DNA of 64,000 bases, from the NCBI RefSeq assembly GCF_018977255.1, contig NW_024704743.1:98272001-98336000 (forward strand), in the 5' to 3' direction. The notes under the pieces are model-generated. The model saw nothing but the letters and a program-made list of their open reading frames with translations, did not search any database and was not told the origin of the DNA. This document shows, in pieces, positions 13,954 through 28,122 of this stretch. The first letter of the stretch is position 1. Each line of letters begins with the position of its first letter. The DNA is from Callorhinchus milii (taxonomy: Eukaryota). The translations under genes and the position numbers were made by a program.

Positions 13954-14192
13954 ACAAGAAAATCTTCAATGAGAAAAGATCTTCTCTGCTAGAACAAGAG
14001 CTGGCTTAATTAATCTTTTTCAGTATTATGGCTGTTTTACTGAATACTTTGGACAGAATAATTTGGATCTGAAGCGGGATTTGAGATTTTCCTTCAACAA
14101 CTATGGAATAATTTGGCAGCTAATCAATATATTGCCATTCTGGTTTGCTCTGCTCTCCAGTGATGTGTTGGCTTGTGATGAGTTTGACTATA

Positions 14193-14359
14193 CAGTAAAC
14201 TTCTGATAACTCAATAATTTGTCACTACCACTTAAGTCATCATGCTGTCAATATCCCGGTTGCGTTTATTTATGTATTTGTACATATGCCTAACTCGACA
14301 CTCTGGATAACTTGTCACTGAGACCTTTTTTGGAGCGATGAAATATCAAGAGCTTACTG
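14193..14359. mobile_element. Tigger/pogo-like (Tc1/mariner superfamily) MITE, 167 bp
   Basis: TA|CAGTAAACTTCTGATA ... TATCAAGAGCTTACTG|TA: imperfect terminal inverted repeats (TIRs) starting CAGT, with a TA duplication. Confidence 0.75.
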
Positions 14360-14659
14360 TAGTCCCATCATATCCCACTGATCAAGATCCCGAATCTGCA
14401 AAAGTCAACTATCCACCAGAAAAGAACTTTATCTTTACTGATCCCACAAGCACCACCAATTATGTGAGGCAGTTGGTCATTTGAAAAGCTTCCTTCCCCT
14501 CTGATATACCAATGCCATTCCCTGGCGAAACAAGCAGACAAACATGGACAGATGCTCTCCTTCAGTCAAGATGGGCCACCTTCCAAGAAAGTGGCTGGGG
14601 AGCAAAAGGTGACAGGAGGAGTGCCTGTTCCATGGAAACAATGGAACAATACATCATAC

Positions 14660-15030
14660 AATAAAATACATAATTACATTTGTATAATGCCATTCACATT
14701 GGGAGGATGTCCCAAGGTGCTGGACAGTCAGGGGGTTGGATCAGGGAGGTGTAGGAGGGTGCTGAAGGTGCGATCACAGTGAAGGGTCTTGAGATGTGCC
14801 TTGAAGGAGGCAAGGGAGAGAACGAGGTGAAGGGAATGTGGGATGGAGTTCCAAAGGGTGGGGACAGAGAGGCTGAAGACCCGACGGCCGATGGTGGGGC
14901 AGGCCAGGCCAGGCCAGGCCAGGCCAGGCGGGGGACGTGGAGCAGGCTGCAGCCTACTGAGTGGAGGGAGCGGACAGGTTAGTATGGGGTTAGCACGTCA
15001 CAGAGGTAGGAGGGAGCAAGGCCTTGGAGA
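14660..15030 (-). mobile_element. L2 3' fragment (same subfamily as 355-757) with an internal (GGCCA)n expansion at about 14898-14928
   Basis: Reverse complement aligns by eye with 380-750. Confidence 0.85.
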
Positions 15031-18000
15031 ATCATCTCCTTCTTAGAGGAAAAAAGAAAGAATCAAACCTCTCACCACTAATGAAATGCCAAGAAACTTT
15101 GCACATACACAGAATGAAAACTATGTGAAGTGACCACTTGCAGAACGCTCCTTTTCATGTCCAGTGAGAACAGACTTCATAGGTCAACATCTTCATAGTA
15201 GACTACATGCAGACTTTTAAAGTCCTTTATGCTTTATGCTAATGAAAATTTAATTAACCCTATCTGATAGGCGTAACACATGACAAAAGGTAAGGAACTA
15301 CACTTTACAGATGCTATTTTTCTTAAAGCAACTGCTTCAGCAATACTCAATGATAGATAGCCCTGATTGTCCATGTTATCAATGCTCACAAACATACTTC
15401 ATTTTCGGGCAACAACACTGGCTTTGGTTATTTAATAGACTGCCTTGTGGATCCACTGATCAGAAAAATCCTGTATCCTCCCCACTCCCCCCCATTAATA
15501 TGGCCCAGATATTCAGGGTGTCATGGAGATGTGTGTCCTCAATTCCTCCCACCCCACACACGACCACATCTCTGTTGTCAATAGTGAACATGTGTGAGAA
15601 AGCACCAAGAATGAGAGAGAAATGCTAAAAATATTCCCTGGGAACACAACCATTCTGATCTAGGAAGCAAAAGTTTGGATTTTTTTTTGAAGTTACTAAT
15701 ATCATTCCCTTCATTTTTGCTGTTAGATGAACAGGATTTTATCCATTGGCATGGAGTTGTTCCTACAGGTAGGTGTACAACAACAACAATAACAATTTGT
15801 TGCACAAGAATGTCTTGGAGAAGATGAGATAGACTTCCAGAAGCTTTGGATTAAACCCTCATATATTCCAAGAGCCAATCCGTGTCAGGTGAAGCTGAGT
15901 CTTTTGGTGCCAGTATTGGAGCTGGCATTACTCCCAATATCAATGTTGATATACTGCCAGCATCGACATCAATATTTGGTCTGTAAGGGTTGCCATGGAA
16001 ATCAATCAATTGCTGGAATGCTTTATGATGCCGTTCATCATTAGGCCCAAGGCACTCTAAAAGGATTTTCGTGATCAATGGATCCACAGGGCAATCTACT
16101 GCTTGACTGGTGCCAATATTGTTGCCCTAAACTGAAGCTTATCTGTGAGTACTGATATCACTGCCAATCAGGACTCGCTATCCTTGAGTATCTCTCTAGT
16201 AGCTGCTTTAATGAAATGTCTGCGTCTGTAAAGATAGGGCTGGTGTAGAGTCATCAGCCAATGATCCAGAACCTTTAGTCACGTTTGGAACTGGGTTTAA
16301 CTGATATCAGACAGAAATATACAGGACTGGAAAAGACTATTGGATTCGGTTCTGGTTGGTTCTAAAGATAAACAAATAAATTAATAATAACTAGATCCTT
16401 CTAAACTACGCTACTCCTGATACTCCCTAATTGAATTCTTTGTCAAAATTTAATTTCCCGCTTGGCACAGTCTGCTTCTACTGTGTACCTGTGAGGCTAT
16501 TCCACACTATGGATAATTAAATCTGAACCATGTGTTCATCTTCTGAGCTCAAGTCTGTGCTTTATTCTAGATTTGTAAAAAAATATAAAGGTTCAGTTTA
16601 GGATCTCGAATAATTCAGTAGAATCTCTTCTGTGATTTCTCCCTTTCATGTAAATACTTCCAGTTTCCATAAACTCTCATAACTAAGGTGCCTAATGCCA
16701 ACCATTAAAATACTTCCCTGTATTCCTTCTGATGCTGAGCTGCCCTCTTGTAATATGTTCTCCAGAATTATATTCAGTAACCCAGTGGGTTATCAGTGCT
16801 CTGGACAATTTCAGTAACATATGTTTCCTAGACAAATTCAGTATCAGACCTGCCGACAAAGCCCCATGTTAACATCTTTGTTCTGGATCACAAAGCCCCA
16901 CAGACTCTCACTCTCAGTTTGCCAACATCCTTAGTCATTACTTTAAGCAATTTTACCTCCAGTCAATTCTTCATTCGACCTGGAGCTAAACAAATGCTTG
17001 CTTAAAGGCACAGCCCTCTTTGACTGCGATATTTGACACTGTTCGAATTAGAATAATCTCCCATCAAACTGGTTGTTAGAAGATAAATCTTGGCACAAAA
17101 CAACATTGGATAAAAGCATTCAAAACAAATCAGAACTAAACATTCAAAATGTGGCCTAGCCTTAGTCTTGAAGGTAATTTTGTTTTATAATTTAAGACGG
17201 CATAAAATTCTGAAAAATTATTAAAATTATTCAAATTATTAGAAGCTTTTCTTAAAAATAACTATGAAAAAACAGCTTCCGAATTAAAACTGAATGTACA
17301 ACATGTTTCCAATTCTGCACAATCTTAAATCAAAAAAGCAGACTAAGACAAAATGGAATTTTGTCCATTTTGTCCTCAGACGGAACTCGGCTTTTTTTTA
17401 AGAGTACTTTTTCCACAGCTGAGTATACTGCTGATGATGGGAGAAACAAATTGTAAATATGTTCCACAAGGCTAGATATACAGGTGAGCAAGAGGTAATG
17501 AATAGTTAACTCACCCTCAGGTCCCTCTTCCCTTACTGAAATGCAGTATATCAAATATGCATGTGTAAACTGATGACTGAAGAAAAAATGTAAATGAAAC
17601 AACAGCCAGTTCTATATAAAGCATTGCAATTCTACTTAATTGTATTTTAGAACTCACTTCTATGAACTCACTTTTGCTGTAGGGGAGAAAAATTGATTCT
17701 ACAAAAAATATATTTTCTTTAACATGTACCATAAAGTTCTGCACTTCTGACGGTATTTATGAGGAGCCTGAACATTTGACAGCAGCTCATTGTTTTCCTA
17801 CAAGTGCTATAGGAAGAATAATGAGATACCAGAAACCCTGTCACTATGGTAGTTACTGTGAATAAGAAAGTGCTCACTTCCATTGCACAAGGTGGCAGAA
17901 TTTCAGAGTACTGTAAGTTCCTTTTGTCAGGCATCTCATTAGGTTTTAAAGGAGGAGACGATTTAAAGTGAGACACATTAGAGTAAAGGAGAAGGAAGAA

Positions 18001-19324
18001 ACGAGCAGAGCTCTGAACTCAAATCGACAATTGAAACTCCTCGGCAACTGACATGAATAAAAGAAGAAATCATTGAAAAAAGCATTCTCACTGCAGCATT
18101 TCAAAACTGCCTTTGTTCTCAGTCTGGATTTGAAATGTGTGCACAGTGCTATCTGATTAAAAGTTCAATTTAGATTCAATTTGGTAAATACTGATTTTGT
18201 CTATATCCCAAAACAAATAATTTAAGAACATAAAAGAATGGAATTACAACAGGCCATTTGGGCCATCGAATCCATTCTTCCTTAGATAAAGTGCAATCCA
18301 CCCTTTCATGCAGACAAACTAACCAATTTAAATTGTTGAAGAAAAAGTTCAGCAAAGTTCAGTATCTCAGAATATAGTATATAATTTGGGACACAACTCG
18401 TCAAGCGACTGCCAGGATGGTGGAAGGAGAACTAGATGGAGCTTGGACTTCTTTCGCCTAGCAATTTCCTATGTTATTATATTCTTGATGTTTCTCCCTG
18501 GCTTCAAGGTAAATCAAGCAAAACTGCATAATAATCTTGTTCCTATTGTAAAATGATGTCTTCAATGATGAACTGCTAATTGCGGCATATGACATGTTAA
18601 CTCTTTTGAAATTTATAAGCTGTCAACAACTAAAAACATAGGCTGGTCCATTGAAGGCCTCTTTCCAACTCTATCACATTGGTTGGCCTTAAACCAGCCC
18701 ATAGATCACAAAATTTAACTCCCGGTTAGTGGTCAACCAAAATAATCAGAGTCTTGGAAAATACGCAGCATTTCATCATCGCTTCTCCTTAAGTCTCAAG
18801 CCCATTTCGTATGAAATATGCATCAATCTTTTTTTAAATCCTTAACACAGCTTTGGATTTGGGGGGTGGGGGCATGCAGCAACATGCAAAACAAGTCAAC
18901 TTGAAGGGAAATAATTTTATATGCAAGCATGAAGGCTTGCAAATATGTAAATTTGCACAAACATTCAATCTCCATTAAACAAATGGCCTCAGACATGAAA
19001 TGTAATACTGCTCCTGCCGTGCGGGTTTTGAGTGCCCCAAATCAGGCACAAAATGTTTTTATATTACTTTCACACCTTCGTACCTCCACGCAAGAAGGCA
19101 AATGAGCCTCCTACTTTTGCACAGATATCATGTGTCAAGAATTAGAGAATGTACAAACTGCCAGTGACATTTTTTGAGGGTTGTCTCCCTGACTCAAAAT
19201 AACGGTAGTGGACGTCAGGAGAAAACCAGATGACTTTTTCCTGTGTTTCTATCGTGATTCCGCTATCATTATTTGGACAGTGGAGATCTCAAAAAAGACC
19301 CTCTAATGACACCTCATATGTGCT

Positions 19325-19496
19325 GAACATCTTCAAGGCTGAGATTGATAGATTTTTTAAAAACAGAGGGATTAGGGGATATGGGGATAGGGCAGGTAAT
19401 TAGAGTTAGGTCTGAAGATCAGCCATGATCTTATCAAATGGCGGGGCAGACTCGAGGGGCCGAATGGCCTACTCCTGCTCCTAATTCTTATGTTCT
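19325..19496 (+). mobile_element. CR1 3' fragment
   Basis: NIFKAEIDRF, 3'UTR GATCAGCCATGATC...GAATGGCCTACTCCTG, (TTCTTATG) tail; TSD TATGTGCT at 19317-19324 and 19497-19504. Confidence 0.9.
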
Positions 19497-20438
19497 TATG
19501 TGCTCATCAGTATTGATGTCACTGTGATAGTTACTTAAAGTCCATTATCACAAAGCAGTGTTCAATAACCTTCGCTCACAACCACATGAGAGGACAGTGC
19601 AAATAACACTGCCTAACACTAGCAGTAGATTTTATTGTTAGGGAAATAAAATAGCTCCTCCCATAATCTTACTAACAGAAATGTAATTAAAATTGGTAAG
19701 ATTTAAACACCTAAAAAAAGCACAACGTTATATACACTGGAAATCATTGCGTATGCACCATACAATTTAGTAAACACCACCTCAACATTATCTCCAATGG
19801 ATTTGACAGCAAATAGTTTTTGAGGCAGCTCAGGGACTCAATAAAGCTCAACAATTATTTTTTCAACATACAGAGAATCTTTATGTAAAAAAATCAACTT
19901 CACAGGTTTGGGATTCTTACATCACAGGCAGGTTATATCACAGGCACCTCCATCTACCTGGAGGTGCAGAAGTGTTTTTTTTCCAGCTTTAGATGGTCTT
20001 AAAGGCTGTGCATGATTTGTATTTGCAGCTGGACTGGGAATTTGGGCTGATTCTTACAGACACTTGCAGGGAATGCCAGCACTGTGTGAGCTATGCAAGG
20101 TCTAATTAAATTAGTGACGTACAGCTGTGGGCTTCAGATAGCAAGCCGCAAAAATAAATAAATATATCTTGAGCGCATACAAAGAAAAATAATTACAGTA
20201 AAGAGATAGCATTACTTCAAGAAGCCGCTGCAATCTCCCCTCTTTGACATTCTAGTCTTCATAGTTTTGCTATTTCCTAGAGGAGAATATTGAAATCATC
20301 TGCCAAACGAACAGCAACTCACATCTATTTTCATCTTAGTTTCTGCAAGTACATTGTACACACAAGTGGGATGAAAATACCATTTACTGAGCAGGCAATA
20401 TGGTAAATTTACCTCTGTTTCAGGCAAATCTACCTATC

Positions 20439-23400
20439 AACAACAACAAGATTTCATTTATGGAGCGCCTTTCACGTCGGGAGGACGTCCCAAGGCGCTG
20501 GACAGTTGGGTCAGGACCTGAGCAGGGGGGAAATGGTCAGGGTGAGGAGAGGGAAGGGAGGGAGCGAGGAGGGGGTAGAGGTTCGAGAGGGGAGCTGAAG
20601 GCACGGTCAAAGAGAAAGGTCTTGAGACCAGCCTTGAAGGAGGAAAGGGAGGAGGCAAGGCGAAGGCACTGGGGAATGGAGTTCCAGAGCCTATTGGCTG
20701 AGAGGTTGAAGGCCCAGCCACCGATGGTAGGGCGGTTGGGGCGGGGGATGTGGAGCAGACCGGAGCCAGAGGAACGGAGGGTACGGGCAGGTAAGTAGGG
20801 GGATAGTAGGTCGGAGAGGTAGGAGGGAGCAAGACTGTGAATGGCCTTGTAGGTGAGGGTGAGGATCTTGAATTGGATCCTCTGGGGGATGGGGAGCCAG
20901 TGGAGGCGAGCGAGGGTGGGAGTGATGTGGTCCCGAAGCCTGGTGCGGGACAGTACACGAGCTGCAGAGTTCTGAATGACCTGCAGCTTGTGGAGGGAGG
21001 TGCCGGGAAGGCCGGCGAGGAGAGAGTTCCCATAGTCCAGCCTTGAGGTGACAAAGGCGTGGACCAGAGTTTCAGCAGCGTGAGGGGTGAGGTAGTGCCG
21101 TAGTCTGGCGATGTTTCGGAGGTGATGGAAGGCGGTGCCAGTTGTGGTGCGGATATGAGGAAGAAAGGACAGCTCAGGGTCGAACAAAATGCCGAGGTTC
21201 CTGATTGGCTTTGAGAGGTGGAGAGTGCAGCCTTGGATGCTGATGCTGTCAGCGCCTGAGGTGCAGAGGCGCTGACATGAGCCAATCAGGAGGGCCTCAG
21301 TTTTGCGCACGTTGAGCTGAAGAAAGTTGTCTCTCGTCCAGGACTCGATGTCGGATAGGCAGGCTGTCAGGACATCAGTGGGCGTGGAGTTGAGGGTAGA
21401 GGAGGAAAGGTAGAGTTGGGTGTCATCTGCGGAAGTTAACCCCATGTCTGCGGATGATGTCACCAAGGGGGAGCATACAGAGGGTGAAGAGGAGGAGACC
21501 GAGGACAGAGCCCTGAGGACACCACACCAGACAGTGCGGGGGCCGGAGGAAAAGCCATTTGTGGAAACAAAATGAAGACGGTGGGAGAGGTACGACCTAA
21601 ACCACTCAAGGACAGGGCCTTGAGGGTTGAGGTGGGAGGACAAGCGCTGGAGGAGGACAGCGTGGTCGACCGTATCGAATGCTGCCAATAGGTCGAGAAG
21701 GACGAGGAGGTAGAAGGAGCCCTGGTCGCAGATGGTCAAGATGTCATTGGTTTCTGTGCTATGGGGAGCACGGAAACCCGACTGAAGGGATTCGAATAAT
21801 GCATGGGTGGAGAGGAAAGAGCGCAGCTGGGAGGCGACAACTCTTTCAAGGACCTTGGACAGGAAGGGGAGGTTGGAGATGGGCCGGTAGCTTGATAGCT
21901 GCGACGCATCAAGGGAGGGTTTTTTCAAAGTGGGAGTGATGGTGGCAGTTTTTAAGGGAATGGGAACAGAGCCAGAGGAGAGGGACAGGTTGATGATGTC
22001 TGTGATATGTGGGGCAAGGAGGTGGAGCTGAGATATAAGGAGTGGAGTGGGGATGAGGTCAAGGGAGCACGTGGTGGGTTTCAGGGACAGGATGAGTTTG
22101 GTGACAGAGGGTGGGGAAACGGGTTTGAAGGTGTGTAGGAGAGGATGGGTAGGAGTCGGAGTGTGGGAGGGAAGGGGTGGGGGGTGGGTGGAAATTGGAG
22201 GGGGAGTGACCGCGGAGCGAATTCCTTTGATTTTGGATTGAAGGAAATCCAGCATTTCCTCGCAGTGAAGGTTGGAGATGACCTGCGCGGGGTGGCGGAG
22301 GGGATGGAGGAGTCGGGATGTGGTAGAGAACAGAAGCCTGGGGTTATTCTTCGCCTCCAGGATTATCCTGGATTAGAAGGACGACTTGGCCGAGGCTAGA
22401 GTGGAGCGGAGGATTTTGAGGAGATCCAGCCAGATTTGTCGGTGGACCGTTAGGCCAGATTTGAGGCAGATGCGTTCAGCGGCCCGCATCTGGCTCTTCA
22501 GTGAGCGGAGGTGGGTGGTGAACCAGGGGGAGGAGCAAGAGTAGGAGACAGTACGGGAGGTGATGGGGGCAAGAGTGTCGAGTGTGGAGGAGAGGGTGTT
22601 GTGGAGGACAGTGAGAGCAGAAGAGGGGTCAGTGAGGGTTGAAGGCCAGAGGGAGAGGAGTTCAGAGGACTCCAAGGCAGCGGTTAGGGATTGTGGGGGT
22701 AACTTCTTCCAGGAGCGGTAGAAGATGGTGGTGGAGGTGGGGAGGGGGGTGGAGGTGGTGAAGGAGATGAAGTAGTGGTCAGAGATGGCCTTGTCAGTAA
22801 TGGTGACATCTGAGACACTGAGGCCCCGGGTGATCACCAAATCGAGTGGGTGGCCGTGACTGTGAGTGGCGGAGTTGATGTGGAGGGAGAGGTTGAGCGA
22901 GGAGAGCAGGGAGGAGAAGTCCGAGGAGATGGAGCAGGAGTGGGTGAAGTGCAGGTTGCAGTTTCCCGGGATGATGAGGTGATCAGAGGCAGAGAGATGT
23001 TAGTAGGGTAGAAATATCGGAGATGAAGGTGGGAGAGATTTTAGGGGGCCGGTAGAGGAGGAGGATTTTGAGTGAGAGAAAGGAGGGGTGGGAGAGGGTG
23101 AGGTGCTCAAAAGAGGGGAAAGAGCCAGAGGAGTAGGGGGATAGGGCAAGTAGTGTCCTTGAGATAAGGGCTACATCACCGCCACGGACGTTGGGGCGAG
23201 GGATGTGGTGGGAGGGATGTAGCCGGTGTGGCCTCCGTGAGGGGGAAGGTGTCGCCTGGGGTGAGCCAGGTTTCCGTTAAGGCCATGATGTCAACGCTCT
23301 CATCAAGGATGAGATCGTTGATGACCAGGGCCTTGTTACAGAGGGAGCGGACGTTTTGTAGTCCGATGTGGAGGGAGCGGTTGACAGAAGGGTGTGTGGG

Positions 23401-23825
23401 GAGGGAGGGGGGTCCAGGTTGTGAGGCAGGGGTGGGGGGAATGGGGATGAGGGAGGAGAGGTTGGCTCCCTGGGTCTGTGTCCGGGGTGGCTGGCGAGTG
23501 TGGTGGGGAATGGGGCAGTCGGTGTGGCTGCTGCTGCACAGCCAACGCCGAGTGCCACGGTGAACCCAGCGGAGGATTCCCAGGCTGGAAAGGAGAGAGG
23601 TTGTGGGAGGGTCAAGTGTGGAGAGAACGCGAGTGGGACGGAGGGAGAGGAGGACAGAGCGGGAGAGATGCAGGGGGGGAAGGGGGCGGAGGGTTTGGGG
23701 GGAGAGAGGAGTGGGGAGGGAGGGGGTGAGGGGGCTCGGGTCAGAGCGGCAGCCATAATGCGCACGCAGGGACCGGGAGCAAGCGGATGGAATTAGCCCA
23801 TAGGCTGGGGCTGGGGCAGCCAACC
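20439..23825 (-). mobile_element. Near-full-length young L2 LINE (~3.39 kb) with APE endonuclease and reverse transcriptase, inactivated by several frameshifts
   Basis: APE motifs LQNVRSL, LTETWL, ISDHY; RT motifs YRPISNLPFLSKVLER, LLDLLAAFDTVDH, ADDTQLY; stem-loop and (TTG)n tail; TSD CCTATC at 20433-20438 and 23826-23831. Confidence 0.97.
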
Positions 23826-24654
23826 CCTATCGTTGAATACAGCTCACAATCTTTGTGACGACACATCAATTTTTAAAATTAAATACAGCTCAATGCTGAG
23901 GAAAGAGTTAATCTTCAGTCTACCGGTGGCTTCTTCACAGAATTTAAAAGGATTAAGATGTTACAAGCAGTTTACGCTCAAATACAGCCTGTGTTTCAAA
24001 TCTCCAACAGAATAAAATGAATTCAGACACTTTAAGTGGGTCTGTGGAACATGTGCCAAAGATTTCTCCACTACAGTGCGTGCAGTAAAATAATATCTCT
24101 TCACCGCATCACCTGAATTTGCTCTCTGAATGGTCTGTGATCCGATTAGCTAGCACTCAATATTGTTGTGGCAATTTTTAAAAAGTAAGTATGACGTACA
24201 GATCTGAGCTTTTGTCAGTAATGGAGTGAAATACAAAGAGAGAGATGAAACAGACAAGGCAGGTGCTGCTAAAAAAGAGACATCAAAGCAGCACCTCCCT
24301 TACACACACAAGTCTTCCAGTTAAAATGATGAACTTAATTCACACCAAACAGCCAAGCTAAAAATAACTTGAGTGCGAAATCTCCAGCTCAGTGCGACTG
24401 CCAATATAACAAGGTGATATGAATGTCTCACATGAATCAAATCATCGCTTTTAAAACAGAACAATGATATTGTTGTCAAATAGAAAAAACATACAAAAAC
24501 TACTCATATTTATGTAGTTTGTCTTTCTGGTTACAAAAAGAATCATAGAACTTTGACTTACTTTTTGAAAAAGATATATTTTTTACTCTTCTTTTTCTGC
24601 GCGTTCAACTCTGGTGTTCAGAGGTTGTTGTATCTGTGGCCTTTATTATCTTAC

Positions 24655-24735
24655 TTATAATGGTCTTCAGGTTCTGCAGCTTCTGGTCTACTGGGATTTT
24701 GCACAGGCTGGCATTGATTCTGTCACAAGAACGTG
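24655..24735 (-). CDS. Exon G (81 nt, phase 1 to 1); RSCDRINASLCKIPVDQKLQNLKTII
   Basis: ggctatttttag|CA CGT...ATA A|gtaaga; the other two frames contain stops. Confidence 0.7.
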
Positions 24736-25519
24736 CTAAAAATAGCCAGATCTGTACACACGCTTCATTTTAAATGTCAAAAAACCACAGAACCGTTTAA
24801 ACTTTTACAGTTATTAAATATTTAAGTGGTCACTGCCACCATCAAAAAGTGTCTGGCGACCTTTTTGTTTGCAAATCCACGAGCCAGCAACATAAATCAT
24901 GTCCAAATGCATCAGTCCGTCACTTGCACACTATGTTGTGATGAAAATGACACACAGCTCTGTGACTTCTCCAGCCTCAAACAAAATAATAGGGCTCCAC
25001 AGGCATGATCTTCATGGAGACACTGAACTCCAACCTTTGCTTTGATAGCTAGAATATTTAAATAAAAAGCTTAAACGCATTGTCTAAACTAAAACTACAA
25101 TCTTTGCATTTGATATTATGCCTTATCCAATCCAAGCGTCTCAAAGTCAAAAGAGTTACGCTGAAGTGTAATGACTGTTGTGTGGGCAGATATTGCAGCT
25201 AATGTGCACCAGCACCATCAGAAAACATGTAATGAGATGAATGACCAATTATACTTTTTTGTGGTGAATTTGGATTGTACAATACATGTTACATTTATAT
25301 AGACCCTAGCTTATCGGGAGGACATCTCAAAGTGCTTTACACAGCTGTCTGGGCGCCCGAGCTAAGGGTGGGGGAAGAAAATGAACGAAAGCACAGTCAA
25401 AGAGATAAGTCTTAAGGGCTTTGAAAGTGAGGAGGCATAAGGGAGGAGTATTGGCAGAGATACATTCAGATATTATGTAGACATGCAGAACATCCACTGG
25501 GCCCGTTCATCTTACATAA

Positions 25520-26248
25520 TAAGAACATATGAACATAAGAATTAGGAGCAAGAGTAGGCCATTCGGCCCCTCGAGCCTGCCCCGCCATTTAATAAGATCA
25601 TGGCTGATCTTCAGACCTAACTCTAATTACCTGCCCTATCCCCATATCCCCTAATCCCTCTATTTTTAAAAATCTATCAGTCTCAGCCTTGAAGATGTTC
25701 AAGGACTGAGCATCTACAGTTTTCTAGGGTAGTGAATTCCATAAATTCCCTACCCTCTGAGTGAAGGAATGTTTCCTCAACTCTGTTCTAAAAGGCTTAA
25801 TTTTCAGACTGTGACCCCTGGTTATAGATTCTCCTACCAGGGGAAACAGACCCTCAGTGTCTACTTTATCAGCCCTTTAAGAATCTTATATGTTTCAATA
25901 AGATCTCCCCTAATTCTTCTGTACTCTAGAAAATATAGCCCTAGTTTATTCAGCCTATCCTCATAGGTCAGTCCCCTCATCCCAGGAACTAACCCAGTGA
26001 ATCTACGTTGCACCCCCTCTAGGGCAAGTATGTCCTTTTATAAATAAGGAGACCAAAACTGCACACAATACTCTAGGTGCGGTCTCACCAAGGCCCCATA
26101 CAGTTGCAGCAAGACTTCCCTACTCTTGTACTCCAAACCTTTTGCAATGAACGCTAACATGCCGTTCGCCTTCTTAGTTGCTTGCTGCACCTGCAAACTA
26201 ACTTTTTGAGACTGGTGCACAAGGACACCCAAATCCCTCTGAACACTA
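25520..26248 (-). mobile_element. 5'-truncated CR1 LINE
   Basis: LGVLVHQSQKVS...LVRPHLEYCVQFWSPYL; 3'UTR nearly identical to the copy at 19325. Confidence 0.95.
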
Positions 26249-27394
26249 GGCTTATTAGTTTTGCTTATTAATTTATTAGCTATTAATTCACTAATTAATA
26301 TTTCACAGCTATTTATTTTTACACAGCTTGAGGCATACCCAAGTAAACATAACTCATTTTCAGGATCACCCTCAGCTCTGTTTATTGAAATATATCAGGA
26401 ATAAAAAGTTATTAAATTATTATCTTGTGGCACATGACGCCTGAGGGGATATGTTCCAGGGAGGCAAATTAGACGCATTCTACCCATTCCCCAAGGATAT
26501 CTAAGCAGAATATTTTGTGACATGACACGTCATCTTAATGTTCTTTTATTTTGAAGGCTGGAGTACAGATTTCTGAAACATTGCCAGACATTCTTCAAAG
26601 ATTTCTGATCACTTTCAGACTGCTAAACCCAATCCATTTCCCATATCTTGTGGCACTTAAGGAGACACTGCTGATGGAATATATACAAAAATAAAGCTGG
26701 AGTCTGCCATTCCACACCCTTCAATACTTCAATATAACAGAAACAATGGACAATAACAGAAAATAAAGGAAGGAAAAAGAGAATTAGAAGATACTAACTA
26801 TGAAAAAAGAAATGATTAAGATAAACTAGCAAAACAATATGTAATCAGCAAATCAGCAAATATCCCATGGCACTATTTGAAAAGAGCAGGAAGTTTCTCC
26901 CTGTGTAATGTCTAACAATTCATCGTTCATTTCATTGCTATTTGTGGGACATTGCTGTGTGGAAATTAGCTGCCGCCTTCACCTCAAAATACAGTCACTG
27001 CACTTTACGTTAAATCCTGTGAAGTGCTTTTAGACATGGTTCTATATCAAATGTAATAATTATTATGATGTAATAACAATCACATTTCTGTGAAGCAGTC
27101 CCGCAGAAGTGGAAGATTTGCATTTGAATTTGCATATAACTATCAGCTTATTTGAATGTTTTTTGGTTGAAATCTGAAAAGATTCACATGACTGTGAAAT
27201 ACTTTGACCAACAGAGAGAGTGTATGTTGGAGCTTTATTACATGCTGAGCTGTGTTGCTCACCAGGAAGACCACAGAGAGCTCATGGTACCTGTTATTTC
27301 CTTAAATGTGCTTATTGTACGTTAAATGACCAACCTAGTGACTATCCTCCTTGGAGGGTGGACCTTGCCTATTGCAAGATTATGTGCTGGGCAC

Positions 27395-27679
27395 TCGATA
27401 TTGAGTCAATTCTCTGTTCTGGTTCGATGTCTAGGTCCTCAACTAGGCTGGTCCACAGTATGCCAGCACACTGCTGATGACAAATCAGCTCATCAACAGG
27501 ATTTGGAGAGGCTGGATGACTACTGGGAACATCCCTCCTGGGAGAGAGTGTGTAATCCATTCCAGTCAAAGGGAAATTTCCATGTCTAAGTCTGGTAAGA
27601 CTGAGAGTTCCACAAATGTATGTCACTTAAGCATAGTGATGTTTCTGCATGTGTCAGACACCCAGCTGACCAAAAGAAA
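27395..27679 (+). repeat. Unclassified interspersed repeat, copy 1 of 4
   Basis: Ends CTTAAGCATAGTGAT...CATGTGTCAGACACCCAGCTGACC plus an A-run, as in the other copies. Confidence 0.8.
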
Positions 27680-28085
27680 GTGGTAGCTTTGAAAGGAGAA
27701 AGAGAGAGTAAATGAAACCTACAGAGACAATAAGTAGAAGCTGCTGAGAAACAGAAATATGAGTCAAGTTGATAGAAAAAATAAATCAACTGGATTAGTC
27801 AGGGAATGGTAATGGCGGGAGAGGGAACTAGAATGGGAAAGTGTATGAGCACAGAATGCAAAGAGAGAAAATGAGTCCTGCAGAGGAAGTGAGAGAGATT
27901 GGGAATCAGAGAAACCACAAATAGAATCAACATAAAAAGGCAGGCAAACAGACAAATAGGAGAGATAGATAAAATCTTAGAGATAACCTAAGAGAGAGAT
28001 CACACAAATGTAAGCTGCAGAATAGAAAGAGAAAAAGAGAATGAATGAGAGAGAGAAAGACAGACAGAGAGAGCAAATGGACAAC

Positions 28086-28122
28086 CAGAGTGAGTGAGTG
28101 AATGAGTGAGTGAGTGAGTGGG
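28086..28122. repeat. (GAGT)n microsatellite ending a GA-rich tract (about 27690-28120)
   Basis: Read directly. Confidence 0.9.

Noticed and set aside
17420..17465. Hammerhead-like CTGATGA...GAAAC...GTA
   Set aside because: Stem I does not pair next to the core, stem II is essentially absent, and there is no Penelope or retrozyme context
20458..21285. 275-aa Pro/Ser-rich ORF and antisense ORFs over the L2
   Set aside because: Shadow frames of the GC-rich L2 coding sequence
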